Assembly (NCBI GenBank): GCA_021773215.1
Contig: JAJFKM010000041.1
Span: 1,099-65,098 of the forward strand
Length of the DNA stretch: 64,000 nucleotides
Origin: Gammaproteobacteria bacterium
GTDB lineage: Bacteria; Pseudomonadota; Gammaproteobacteria; Eutrophobiales; Eutrophobiaceae
Direction of reading: 5' to 3'
The notes below the pieces were generated by a model. It did not search any database. It was given only the letters and a program-made list of their open reading frames with translations, and was not told where the DNA came from. Made by a program: the position numbers and the translations under genes. Below are positions 9,374 to 18,457 of the stretch, in pieces. Numbering within the stretch: position 1 is the stretch's first letter; each line of letters starts with the position of its first letter.

Positions 9374-10303
9374 TTATGCGACTGCTATGAATTTCATCAC
9401 GCCTGATTTTCCTAAAAAGAAAGGTGCTATATTGAATGGTATCATGGCAAGCAATAATAGTTCGAACCCATGCATTCTTCCAAATTTCAACTTCGGATTG
9501 TTACGTAGATCAGCAATGTTCCTTTGAAGATAATTCTGGATAGATGCGGCAATTGTTCCTGTATTTAACTCACTGGTGATAAATACCTCTTTGAACCCAG
9601 CATTTAATAGCAGGGTTGTTAATTGTTTTTTATCATATTGAAATGTATGACGAGGGACATGATTGCCACCCCAATATCGACCAAAAAGTTTACGGTCTAC
9701 AGATCCAAAATTTGGTGTTTCACCTACTAGTATTCCACCAGAGCGAATGAGTTCTCGCGCTTTCTGAAGCTCAGCTATAGGATTCAGCATATGCTCAATA
9801 TAGTTGTTCATGAACACAGCATCGTACGATGACGGTTCATCTTGAAAATCAACAAAAAGACCTTGGAATACATTTATTCTTTTATTTTTGGCTAGATTTA
9901 CAGCTTTTTCACTGAAATCAATTCCTTGAAGAGTTTCAGCGCCTATTTCTTTAAGTCGTAATAAAAACTCTCCATTTCCACAACCAACGTCCAGGACTTT
10001 AGCACCTCTTTTAATATATTTTTGTAATTTTCGACGTAAGCCAAAATTGGCAAGGAAGAAAAGTATGTCGTATAACATCCTCCTTGCTCGGGCCTCTGGG
10101 ACATGAGAGCTATAATTTTCTGGGTACGCAATCATTAATTCTTCAATAGTTGGAAAAGGATGTAACTGAACTTGTCGACATCTTAGGCATTTGCGATATT
10201 CATATTCACCGCCAATACCAAACTCCCAATCTCTTATTTGCGACGTTTCAGTGAGGTATGAAGAATTACTACACAATCGACATTTATAATTTATAATATT
10301 CAA
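9374..10303 (-). CDS. SAM-dependent methyltransferase with an N-terminal Cys4 zinc ribbon (paralogous architecture to 8211-9113)
   Basis: CRLC...CLRC zinc ribbon, then VLDVGCGNGEF (motif I), AVFMNNYIEHMLNP and IRSGGILVGETP. Confidence 0.7.
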   Translation of the reverse strand: MNIINYKCRLCSNSSYLTETSQIRDWEFGIGGEYEYRKCLRCRQVQLHPFPTIEELMIAYPENYSSHVPEARARRMLYDILFFLANFGLRRKLQKYIKRGAKVLDVGCGNGEFLLRLKEIGAETLQGIDFSEKAVNLAKNKRINVFQGLFVDFQDEPSSYDAVFMNNYIEHMLNPIAELQKARELIRSGGILVGETPNFGSVDRKLFGRYWGGNHVPRHTFQYDKKQLTTLLLNAGFKEVFITSELNTGTIAASIQNYLQRNIADLRNNPKLKFGRMHGFELLLLAMIPFNIAPFFLGKSGVMKFIAVA

Positions 10304-10323
10304 TTATTTACCGAATCCCATGA

Positions 10324-11169
10324 TTAGTCCTTTACTTGCCAAGGAAGATTATGGAACCAATCGTTTAGATATGTAAGGTGATTGCCCGTACAAATTTCTA
10401 TTGATAGATTTCCTTTTGTATGTGGTTTATGTGCAAGCATTCTCTCTCGAACTATTTGGAGATTTTCAAAAGGCACCATTGGATAAAAATGATGCTCTGC
10501 ATGATGACGAAATCCCATGTTGCCGAAAAAACATGCTAATAACCCATTATCTAGAAACGTCCGTAATACGAATTTTCCAATAACGGGATCACCATGCTCA
10601 GCTAGCCCTCGCAATTTCGCTAAGCCTTGAACTAAAGTTATTAACGGTAATAACCAGAAAAATAGATAGTACATAGGGCCCATAGAAAGGCTAAAAATAA
10701 TCATGATTATGATTTGCACAAAAATTAAAGAAATAGTGTCAGATGACCTCGATGATTTCAACGTTGACGATTTATTTCCCCAGAAAATTTGATTGATTGC
10801 AGCTAAGCCAGAAAAACTAAAAATTATAAAAATCAAAAAATCTATTTTTGATTTCGGCGGGGACTTATATATTGGTAAATCTGGGTCTAGATTGGGAACT
10901 CCAAAATGTTTATGGTGTTGCAGGTGTTCGTCTCGAAATGACTTCGTCAAACCAATAGGATATGCTACAAAACATGCGACTAAGTTTGCGGTTTTGCTTC
11001 TGGTTCGAAAATCCTGATGACTAGCCTCATGTGCCGCATGCAATAAATGGTATTGAAGTATGCCAACTGATAGAAAAACTAACGACGCTATAATATATTC
11101 ATAAAATGGAGCAGTATTTAATGTCACTGTATACAATAAAAAAATAATACAGTAATAACTCCACCCCAT
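10324..11169 (-). CDS. membrane fatty-acid desaturase / sterol-desaturase family di-iron protein
   Basis: Three histidine boxes are present (HAAHEASH, HLQHHKH, HHAEHH) with several hydrophobic segments. It lies 20 nt upstream of the 9374-10303 methyltransferase on the same strand. Confidence 0.65.
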   Translation of the reverse strand: MGWSYYCIIFLLYTVTLNTAPFYEYIIASLVFLSVGILQYHLLHAAHEASHQDFRTRSKTANLVACFVAYPIGLTKSFRDEHLQHHKHFGVPNLDPDLPIYKSPPKSKIDFLIFIIFSFSGLAAINQIFWGNKSSTLKSSRSSDTISLIFVQIIIMIIFSLSMGPMYYLFFWLLPLITLVQGLAKLRGLAEHGDPVIGKFVLRTFLDNGLLACFFGNMGFRHHAEHHFYPMVPFENLQIVRERMLAHKPHTKGNLSIEICTGNHLTYLNDWFHNLPWQVKD

Positions 11170-11475
11170 ATTAAAGCTACATTAATAAAAAAACGTTTTG
11201 TCCTTTTATGGCAAAATGCTATCTCAGTTTTTGTAAGAAAATTTTTATTTATGTTCAATTATATTTCATCCAAGTCTGCTTAGAGACCAACAATTTTTAA
11301 TTGTTTTTTCAAAGTTTATTTATTAAAAAGAAAATATCTATGGATGTGATTTGTTAGATAGTCTTAACTTGAACGTTAAGTGAGTAAAATCTATAATAAA
11401 GGGTTATAATTAATGTCAATATTTTAAGTATCGTTTTTTATTTAACTATAGTAATACTCGTTTGGAGGTTACAAA

Positions 11476-12735
11476 TTGCATCTCGGTTATAGAAAAACCT
11501 GTCGTGTGTGTGGATCAAGTGCTTTAACAAAAGTAATTGATCTTGGTGAACAATATTTGCAAGGATCTTTTGTCAAACCTGGTAAGGAACTTCCATCTAT
11601 GCGTAAAATTCCATTAACGCTTGTGAGATGTGATCCTACCAAAGATGAAATTGCTTGTGGTTTGCTGCAGATGGAACACACGGTTCCGGCAGAAGTGCTT
11701 TATTCAAATTACTGGTACCGTTCTGGTACTAATAACACAATGAGACAGCATCTCAAGGGGCTTGCGGAAGAAGCTAGCTCAATTTTTAATCATCCCAAAG
11801 CAAAGGTGCTTGATATTGGTTGTAATGATGGAACATTGTTGAAATGTTATCCAAATAATTTTGAAAAATATGGTGTTGATCCTTCTGATATTGCTCAAGA
11901 AATAAATGAACAATTTACTATAATACAAGATATTTTTCCTTCACAGGAACTTGAGACTAAGTTGGGGAAAAATAAAATCGATATAATAACTTCGATTGCA
12001 ATGTTCTATGATCTTGAAGACCCAATTGGTTTTACAAAAGGAATTAAGAACTACTTATCTTTAAATGGTATTTGGATATTTGAAATGTCATATATGCCTG
12101 CCATGCTTAAAATGAATTCTTATGACACTATCTGCCATGAACATCTCGAATATTACAGTCTGGCTGTAATTGAATTTATTCTTAGCCGTGCTGGGATGAA
12201 AATTTTTAATGTGAACCAGAATTCAATCAATGGTGGAAGTATTCGTTGTTATGCTACGCATATCAATAATAATTGCTATAAAAAACCTCAGTTTGAAAGT
12301 AATCTGAGAATGATGCGCAACGATGAATTTGATCTTAGTCTGGATTTAGACTTGCCATACAAAGATTTTCAGGAATCTGCGAATTTAAATAAAAAAGAGC
12401 TTTTGTCGTTGCTTATTAAGTTAAAAAATGACGGTAAGTCTATCCATATTTATGGTGCATCCACAAAAGGAAATACTATCTTACAATGGTGCGGTATTGA
12501 TTTTCGGCTTATTGAAGCCGCCTCTGAGCGTAATCCCGATAAATATGGTGCGAAAACTCTTGGAACTGACATACCTATTATTAGTGAGGCGGAATCGAGA
12601 GCTATGAATCCTGATTACTATCTTGTTTTGCCATGGCATTTTAAAGAAGAGTTTATAGAGCGTGAAAAAGTATCTTTAGATAAAGGTGTTGGATTTATCT
12701 TTCCATTGCCTAATGTAGAAATAATAAAGAAATAG
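11476..12735 (+). CDS. NDP-hexose C-methyltransferase-like protein (TylCIII/TcaB9-like: zinc-binding N-terminus, methyltransferase domain, C-methyltransferase C-terminal domain)
   Basis: TTG start with a GGAGG Shine-Dalgarno 5 nt upstream. CRVCGSS near the N-terminus, VLDIGCNDGTL (motif I), ~419 aa length, and the C-terminal region typical of the sugar 3-C-methyltransferase family. Confidence 0.65.
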   Translation: MHLGYRKTCRVCGSSALTKVIDLGEQYLQGSFVKPGKELPSMRKIPLTLVRCDPTKDEIACGLLQMEHTVPAEVLYSNYWYRSGTNNTMRQHLKGLAEEASSIFNHPKAKVLDIGCNDGTLLKCYPNNFEKYGVDPSDIAQEINEQFTIIQDIFPSQELETKLGKNKIDIITSIAMFYDLEDPIGFTKGIKNYLSLNGIWIFEMSYMPAMLKMNSYDTICHEHLEYYSLAVIEFILSRAGMKIFNVNQNSINGGSIRCYATHINNNCYKKPQFESNLRMMRNDEFDLSLDLDLPYKDFQESANLNKKELLSLLIKLKNDGKSIHIYGASTKGNTILQWCGIDFRLIEAASERNPDKYGAKTLGTDIPIISEAESRAMNPDYYLVLPWHFKEEFIEREKVSLDKGVGFIFPLPNVEIIKK

Positions 12736-12990
12736 ATATTATAGATTAATCTCTGATAATCAATATTATATAGTTGATTTATTAGTACTTTAAAGGTTGA
12801 GCTAGGTTTTAACTTAAACAACATGGGCTTTATATATATGTAAATATTGCCCAACACATCAAATATATTTTTCTTTAAATCTTTCATTTATTCTGCGATT
12901 AGACGTATGTACCCCGTCAGCACCATGTGGACCAAATAGTCTAATTGTCTAAGAGATAGTTTTAGTTCATCGTTAACCCAAGAGGAAACG

Positions 12991-13353
12991 ATGATGACAA
13001 GTAAAAGAAGTGTAGAACATACTGTGCGCGATATTCGTCGACGCACCCGTAAAAAATATTCAGCAGAAGAAAAAATACGTATCGTGCTTGAAGGCTTGCG
13101 TGGCGAAGAAAGCATCGCTGAGCTATGCCGCAAAGAAGGACTAAACCCAAATGTTTACTACCGTTGGTCGAAAGACTTTCTGGAGGCAGGTAAGAAACGT
13201 TTATCAGGCGATATCGTACGTGAAGCGACCTCGGATGAAGTGAAAGAATTGCGTACTGAAACGTCTGCGCTGAAAGAAACACTGGGCGAAGTAGTGATGG
13301 AGAATCGTCTGCTTAAAAAAAGCGTGCTCGGGGATGGGGAGGACGATATATGA
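12991..13353 (+). mobile_element. IS3-family transposase OrfA (helix-turn-helix) remnant; the A7 programmed-frameshift site is retained but orfB is deleted
   Basis: Protein MMTSKRSVEHTVRDIRRRTRKKYSAEEKIRIV...YYRWSKDF is typical of IS3/IS911 OrfA. The slippery heptamer TTAAAAAAAG sits at 13313-13322, with A7 at 13315-13321. No transposase catalytic ORF follows. Confidence 0.7.
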
Positions 13354-13372
13354 GGTACTTAGCATCGGATAA

Positions 13373-13689
13373 AGTCGAGATTATTCAACTGGTACAGAGC
13401 TCATGATGGAAAATGGCATCATGTAGCAGCTACACTTGATCTTATGAAGTCTGAAGCTGAGTTTTATTTTGATGGGATTAGAATGAATCTAGATATTGCT
13501 AAATATTCAAGGGGCAAACTTGAAACCTTAAGTAATAATATATTTTTGGGCGCAAACAATAGAGGCAATATACCGAGTAAGTCTACTGGTAAAACTATAA
13601 CTAATTTTTTCAAAGGTTCTATCGATAAAATTAGAATTTATAATAGAAAATTAAATTCTCGGGAGATTCATCATTTAAGCCGATCTTAA
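13373..13689 (+). pseudogene. LamG (concanavalin-A-like lectin/glucanase) domain fragment, internally frameshifted
   Basis: ...DGKWHHVAATLDLL then a stop, and in the -1 frame ...EAEFYFDGIRMN...FKGSIDKIRIYNRKLNSREI. These match the LamG strand pattern (W.HVA.T.D...YVDG...FKG.IDEVRIYNRALS..EI). There is no N-terminal part and no start context. Confidence 0.5.
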
Positions 13690-13960
13690 CTATTTCTTTT
13701 TCCGATGCATTTTTTCCACTTTATCCATTCGTTTAACATAAGTTGAAACGTCACCTTTATAGTATGTCATGACCTGCTGTACGGTTTTATGTACGGTTTT
13801 ATGTACGGTTATCTTAATCAGTCCCAGAATATTGAATTCTTTAGAAAGACGAGAACAGGCTTCATGCCTTAAGTTGTGAAAGTGGAAGTCTTTAATGTTG
13901 GAAAATAGGAAACTAAATTCTGATAGCGAAATATATTTTAAATCGAGAGTTTTCTTTGCA
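13690..13960 (-). pseudogene. tyrosine recombinase (phage-type integrase) C-terminal fragment
   Basis: Minus-strand translation gives ...LSEFSFLFSNIKDFHFHNLRHEACSRL..., i.e. the box II HxLRH motif region, and runs to a stop at 13690-13692. The N-terminal two-thirds are absent. It contains a 12-nt tandem repeat at 13779-13810. It sits 136 bp from the att-like tRNA-Asn repeat. Confidence 0.5.
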
Positions 13961-14095
13961 GTAGCAGCTTACTTATTCTATATCGCTATACATTATATAT
14001 ACGGTTATTTAGAAACAGCGGAAAGTATTCTGAAACTTATTCTGAAATAAGAAAAACCCACTACTTAAAGTGGGGTAAATCGTTGATTTAATTGA

Positions 14096-14134
14096 CTCCC
14101 CGGGACAGGCTCGAACTGCCGACCTAGTGATTAA
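14096..14134 (-). repeat. 39-bp perfect direct repeat of the 3' half of tRNA-Asn (att-like island boundary)
   Basis: CTCCCCGGGACAGGCTCGAACTGCCGACCTAGTGATTAA at 14096-14134 is identical to 14901-14939 inside the intact tRNA-Asn gene, in the same orientation. Confidence 0.85.
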
Positions 14135-14206
14135 TGTCGTATTTAATTATAATTTAGTATTTAAACCATAAAGCTGAGTTAATTTGAATGTCAGAGGCAT
14201 TTATAT

Positions 14207-14743
14207 ATGAATCATAAGTTTTCAGATAATAAAAAACATGCTTCAAGAGCTATAATTGATGCATTAATATTGTTTAGTGACAAACAGTTTTATGAATACT
14301 TAATAAATGAAGGTGGTGATAACTCTATTGAAGAAAAATGGTTTGATTGGTTTATAAAAGAATGGCGTGTAGCAAGAACTATAAATAGCAATAAAAAATC
14401 AGAATTTTTATATTATATTCACTCGGGTGACTTTAATTCATTAATAGATAAAGATTTTGAAACATCTGTAGATTTTGTTGCGAATACAATGAAGAAAAAT
14501 AAATGGTCAGCTTATAATGAAGATAAAAAATATTATGTGAAGCCAACTTCATTGGTTTCAAAAATTGGGTTTATCTTATTTCCAGAAATCATAATTCCTG
14601 TAGATAGGTATTCCAAATTAGGACTTAATAAAGTAAAAGGAACTAAAAAGGATGATGGGGAAGGATATTTAAAAGAGAATAGCTATGCAGAATATATTAA
14701 AGAGTTTAATAGAAAAAGAATGGGTTGCTGCAATTTCAGATGA
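14207..14743 (+). CDS. hypothetical protein (178 aa) encoded on the att-flanked mini-island
   Basis: Only long ORF between the two att copies. Very AT-rich and Lys/Asn-rich, with no recognised motif. A 49-aa ORF in another frame (14685-14834) overlaps its 3' end. Confidence 0.45.
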   Translation: MNHKFSDNKKHASRAIIDALILFSDKQFYEYLINEGGDNSIEEKWFDWFIKEWRVARTINSNKKSEFLYYIHSGDFNSLIDKDFETSVDFVANTMKKNKWSAYNEDKKYYVKPTSLVSKIGFILFPEIIIPVDRYSKLGLNKVKGTKKDDGEGYLKENSYAEYIKEFNRKRMGCCNFR

Positions 14744-14897
14744 ATTTGACATCAAAAAAACATTATTAAAAACCAAGAAGTTTCGCAGAAAGGTATACGA
14801 TAATTACCTAATGCATATTGGCGGAAGATATTGAGCCTCGATATCGCCATATCAAATAAAAAAAGCCCACATAAACATGCAGGCTTTTCATTTGATA

Positions 14898-14973
14898 TGG
14901 CTCCCCGGGACAGGCTCGAACTGCCGACCTAGTGATTAACAGTCACCCGCTCTACCGACTGAGCTACCGGGGA
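14898..14973 (-). tRNA. tRNA-Asn (anticodon GTT)
   Basis: Reverse complement folds as a cloverleaf: acceptor TCCCCGG/CCGGGGA, D arm GCTCAGTCGGTAGAGC, anticodon arm GGTGA-CTGTTAA-TCACT with anticodon GTT, T arm GGCAGTTCGAGCCTGTC, and CCA encoded. Confidence 0.9.
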
Positions 14974-15040
14974 ATATTCGAGAACGCGTATACTACTGAT
15001 GGTGCCAGACAGGGTCAATACTCTATTGTAGTTAATTGCT

Positions 15041-16222
15041 TTATAACGCAGCTTTGATCCTTTCCATGCTCTTTTCAAGATTTTCCATGCTGGTAGCGAA
15101 TGATATTCGCATACAGCCTGGTGCCCCAAATGCCGAGCCAGGCACCATCGCTACTTCGGCTTTTTCCAGAAAGAACTCCGCTAGCTCTATATCATTACTA
15201 ATCCCGTCGAGCTTTTCTATAAGACCATTCATGTCCGGGAAGCTGTAAAACGTTCCTTCTGAAGCAAGACAATTAATGCCATTGATGTCTTGTAATGACT
15301 TTAATACAAAGTCGTGTCTCTCCTTGAATATCCCGGTACTTTCTTTGATGTAGGTCTGATCTCCATCTAATGCAGCAACAGCGGCAGCTTGTGCCATTGA
15401 GCTCGCATTTGAAGTGCTTTGCGATTGGATTTTTTTCATGCCCTTTATGATCGATTCTGGACCACCTACATAGCCGATGCGCCAACCGGTCATTGAATAG
15501 GCTTTAGATACGCCATTTACCACGACAGTTTGGTCATATAACCCCGGACAGGCATTAACAATGTTAACAAACTTGTCTTGTCCCCAGAGAATGTGTTCAT
15601 AGATATCGTCAGTCACGATCAGAATCTCGCGATGATCTAATAAGACTTCACCAAGCGCTGCTAATTCTTCTTCACTATAGCTAACACCAGTCGGATTAGA
15701 TGGGCTATTAAAAACAACCATTCTTGTTCTATCAGAAATTGCACCGCGTAACTTATCAGGGGTGATCTTAAAACTATCTTCAATCGTTGTTTTTAAAATA
15801 ACTGGTTCTGCGCCAGCAAGTTTTGCCATGTCAGGATACGAAACCCAATAGGGAGCAGGGATAATGATTTCATCGCCCGGATTCAAGGTCGCTTGAAACA
15901 AGTTGTAAAGACTGTGCTTTGCACCACATGACACGAGGATTTGATTGTTGTTATAAACAAGGTCATTCTCGCGTTTAAATTTATTTATAATCGCGAGTTT
16001 TAAATCTGCCGTTCCATCAACAGCGGTATACTTGGTTTGACCCTTTTTCAGGGCTTGTATAGCCGCTTCCTTAATATGTTCTGGGGTGTCAAAATCAGGC
16101 TCGCCTGCGCCAAGGCCGATGATATCTTTACCCTCAGCGCGAAGTTCAGCTGCACGTGCAGTGACTGCGAGAGTAGGTGAGGGTTTAATACTTTGCGCAC
16201 GTTGTGATAATGGAATGTCCAA
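15041..16222 (-). CDS. aspC: aspartate/aromatic aminotransferase (class I PLP-dependent)
   Basis: 393 aa. The N-terminus MDIPLSQRAQSIKPSPTLAV...GEPDFDTP and the SKAYSMTGWRIGY PLP-lysine region are typical of the AspC/AAT family. Confidence 0.85.
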   Translation of the reverse strand: MDIPLSQRAQSIKPSPTLAVTARAAELRAEGKDIIGLGAGEPDFDTPEHIKEAAIQALKKGQTKYTAVDGTADLKLAIINKFKRENDLVYNNNQILVSCGAKHSLYNLFQATLNPGDEIIIPAPYWVSYPDMAKLAGAEPVILKTTIEDSFKITPDKLRGAISDRTRMVVFNSPSNPTGVSYSEEELAALGEVLLDHREILIVTDDIYEHILWGQDKFVNIVNACPGLYDQTVVVNGVSKAYSMTGWRIGYVGGPESIIKGMKKIQSQSTSNASSMAQAAAVAALDGDQTYIKESTGIFKERHDFVLKSLQDINGINCLASEGTFYSFPDMNGLIEKLDGISNDIELAEFFLEKAEVAMVPGSAFGAPGCMRISFATSMENLEKSMERIKAAL

Positions 16223-16431
16223 TTTTAAAGGCCTCTATTTGGTGTTTCAATTTCTGATTTAATATATTGTCTGAGCATACAGATTTTAATATTAATTATA
16301 CAAAGTTAAATAATAAAAATATTCGATTTTTGGCACGCCGCTCTCGTACATCCTTGTACTTCGCGGCATAAGGTCATCCTGACCAAAAAGCGGTGTAATA
16401 TACTAGAAACGGGTAGCTTAACAAACATTAT

Positions 16432-18453
16432 ATGAAAGAATTTTCACTGGTTTCTGACTTTACTCCTGCAGGTGATCAACCGACTGCGATCACTGGGTTA
16501 AACGAGGGCTTAAAAGATGGATTGGCGTATCAAACATTACTTGGTGTAACTGGCTCAGGTAAGACGTTTTCAATCGCCAATGTCATTCAGGAACAGCAAA
16601 GACCGACTATGATACTGGCGCCTAATAAGACTCTGGCCGCGCAGTTATATGGCGAGATGCGTGAGTTTTTTCCTGAAAATGCGATTGAATATTTTGTTTC
16701 ATATTATGACTACTATCAGCCAGAAGCCTATGTTCCAGCATCAGACACGTTTATCGAGAAAGATGCTTCAATAAATGAGCACATAGAACAAATGCGACTG
16801 TCGGCGACAAAAGCTATTTTGGAACGTCGCGATACGATAATTGTTGCCAGTGTTTCTGCCATATACGGCTTGGGAGACCCCAAGAGTTATTTAAAAATGG
16901 TCTTACATTTAGACAAAGGAGACATAGTAGATCAAAGAACCCTGTTACGCAGACTGACGGAACTACAATATAAACGTAATGAAGTCGAACTTCACCGCGG
17001 GACTTTCCGAATACGCGGTGATGTTATCGATATCTTTCCGGCAGAATCAGAGCGCGAAGCTATACGCGTGGAATTATTTGATGATGAGATTGAATCGATT
17101 AGTCAATTTGATCCATTAACGGGTGCTGTGAATCGCAAATTACCGCGCGTCACTATTCATCCAAAGACGCACTATGTGACACAACGTCAGGTCTTGTTGG
17201 ATGCGGTTGAATCAATCAAAGTCGAATTGAAAGAACGTTTAGAACAACTCGAGTCGTTAAATAAATTGGTTGAATATCAACGGTTGGAACAACGAACTCG
17301 TTTTGATATCGAAATGATCAACGAGATTGGTTATTGTTCTGGAATAGAAAATTACTCTCGTTATTTATCCGGACGCGCTGCCGGCAAGCCACCGCCAACC
17401 TTGCTTGATTATCTGCCAGAAGATGCCTTGCTGATTATAGATGAGAGTCATGTCACTGTTCCACAATTGGGGGCGATGTATAAAGGTGATCGCTCGCGAA
17501 AGCAGAACCTGGTTGAGTACGGTTTCCGTTTACCTTCTGCACTAGATAATCGCCCATTGCGGTTTGATGAGTTTGAGAAACTCGCGCCACAAACAATTTT
17601 TGTTTCTGCTACTCCAAGAGCTTATGAAGAAGAACATTCAGGCAAGGTTGTTGAACAGGTTGTAAGGCCAACAGGACTAATAGATCCTGAGATTGAAGTG
17701 CGCCCAGTCACTACACAAGTTGACGATTTGCTTTCAGAGATCAATCTTCGCGTAGAAGTTAATGAACGTGTGCTGGTCACGACGCTAACAAAACGTATGG
17801 CAGAAGATTTAACTGACTACTTATCAGAGCACGGCATTCAAGTGCGCTATCTTCATTCAGATGTCGATACTGTTGAACGTGTTGAGATTATCCGCGATCT
17901 TCGGAAAGGGGAGTTTGATGTCTTAGTGGGTATTAATCTCTTACGTGAAGGATTGGACCTGCCAGAGGTCTCTTTAGTGGCAATTCTTGATGCAGATAAA
18001 GAAGGGTTCTTACGCTCAGGGATGACTTTAATTCAGACTATTGGACGTGCGGCGAGAAACCTGAATGGCAAGGCAATTCTCTATGGCGATAAAGTCACGG
18101 ATTCCATGCAGCATGCGATAGATGAAACAGACCGTAGGCGTGCTAAACAGATTGAATTTAATAAAACACATGGGATTACACCCAAAGGTATTACGAAGGC
18201 AATAACAGACATTCTTGATGGTGCTTATACTGACAAAAACACGATTTCAAAGACCTATCAGAGAGTAGCAGAAGATGTCGCAGAATATAAAGCAATGACT
18301 CCTGAGCTGTTGATTAAAAAAATTAAAAAAATGGAGGAAAAAATGTATCAGCATGCGCGTGATTTAGAATTTGAAGCCGCAGCACAGGTTCGTGATGAGA
18401 TCCATAAAATGAAGATTAACGGACTTGGTTTAGACAATATTAAAGCAGGGTAA
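16432..18453 (+). CDS. uvrB: excinuclease ABC subunit B
   Basis: 673 aa. Walker [10 protein letters not shown], helicase motifs, the beta-hairpin region and the C-terminal UvrB/UvrC interaction helix ([16 protein letters not shown]) are present. Confidence 0.95.
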   Translation: MKEFSLVSDFTPAGDQPTAITGLNEGLKDGLAYQTLLGVTGSGKTFSIANVIQEQQRPTMILAPNKTLAAQLYGEMREFFPENAIEYFVSYYDYYQPEAYVPASDTFIEKDASINEHIEQMRLSATKAILERRDTIIVASVSAIYGLGDPKSYLKMVLHLDKGDIVDQRTLLRRLTELQYKRNEVELHRGTFRIRGDVIDIFPAESEREAIRVELFDDEIESISQFDPLTGAVNRKLPRVTIHPKTHYVTQRQVLLDAVESIKVELKERLEQLESLNKLVEYQRLEQRTRFDIEMINEIGYCSGIENYSRYLSGRAAGKPPPTLLDYLPEDALLIIDESHVTVPQLGAMYKGDRSRKQNLVEYGFRLPSALDNRPLRFDEFEKLAPQTIFVSATPRAYEEEHSGKVVEQVVRPTGLIDPEIEVRPVTTQVDDLLSEINLRVEVNERVLVTTLTKRMAEDLTDYLSEHGIQVRYLHSDVDTVERVEIIRDLRKGEFDVLVGINLLREGLDLPEVSLVAILDADKEGFLRSGMTLIQTIGRAARNLNGKAILYGDKVTDSMQHAIDETDRRRAKQIEFNKTHGITPKGITKAITDILDGAYTDKNTISKTYQRVAEDVAEYKAMTPELLIKKIKKMEEKMYQHARDLEFEAAAQVRDEIHKMKINGLGLDNIKAG

Positions 18454-18457
18454 TTAA

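Noticed and set aside
12618-13282. Minus-strand ORFs 12618-12887, 12888-13133 and 12962-13282 overlapping the IS3 orfA and the C-methyltransferase 3' end.
   Set aside because: They are antisense to a recognisable transposase OrfA with an RBS and the IS3 frameshift motif, and no homology features were seen.
16223-16431. Possible LexA/SOS box upstream of uvrB (CTGAGCATACAG).
   Set aside because: The spacing is CTG-N6-CAG, not the CTG-N10-CAG of gammaproteobacterial LexA boxes. It is probably a chance palindrome.
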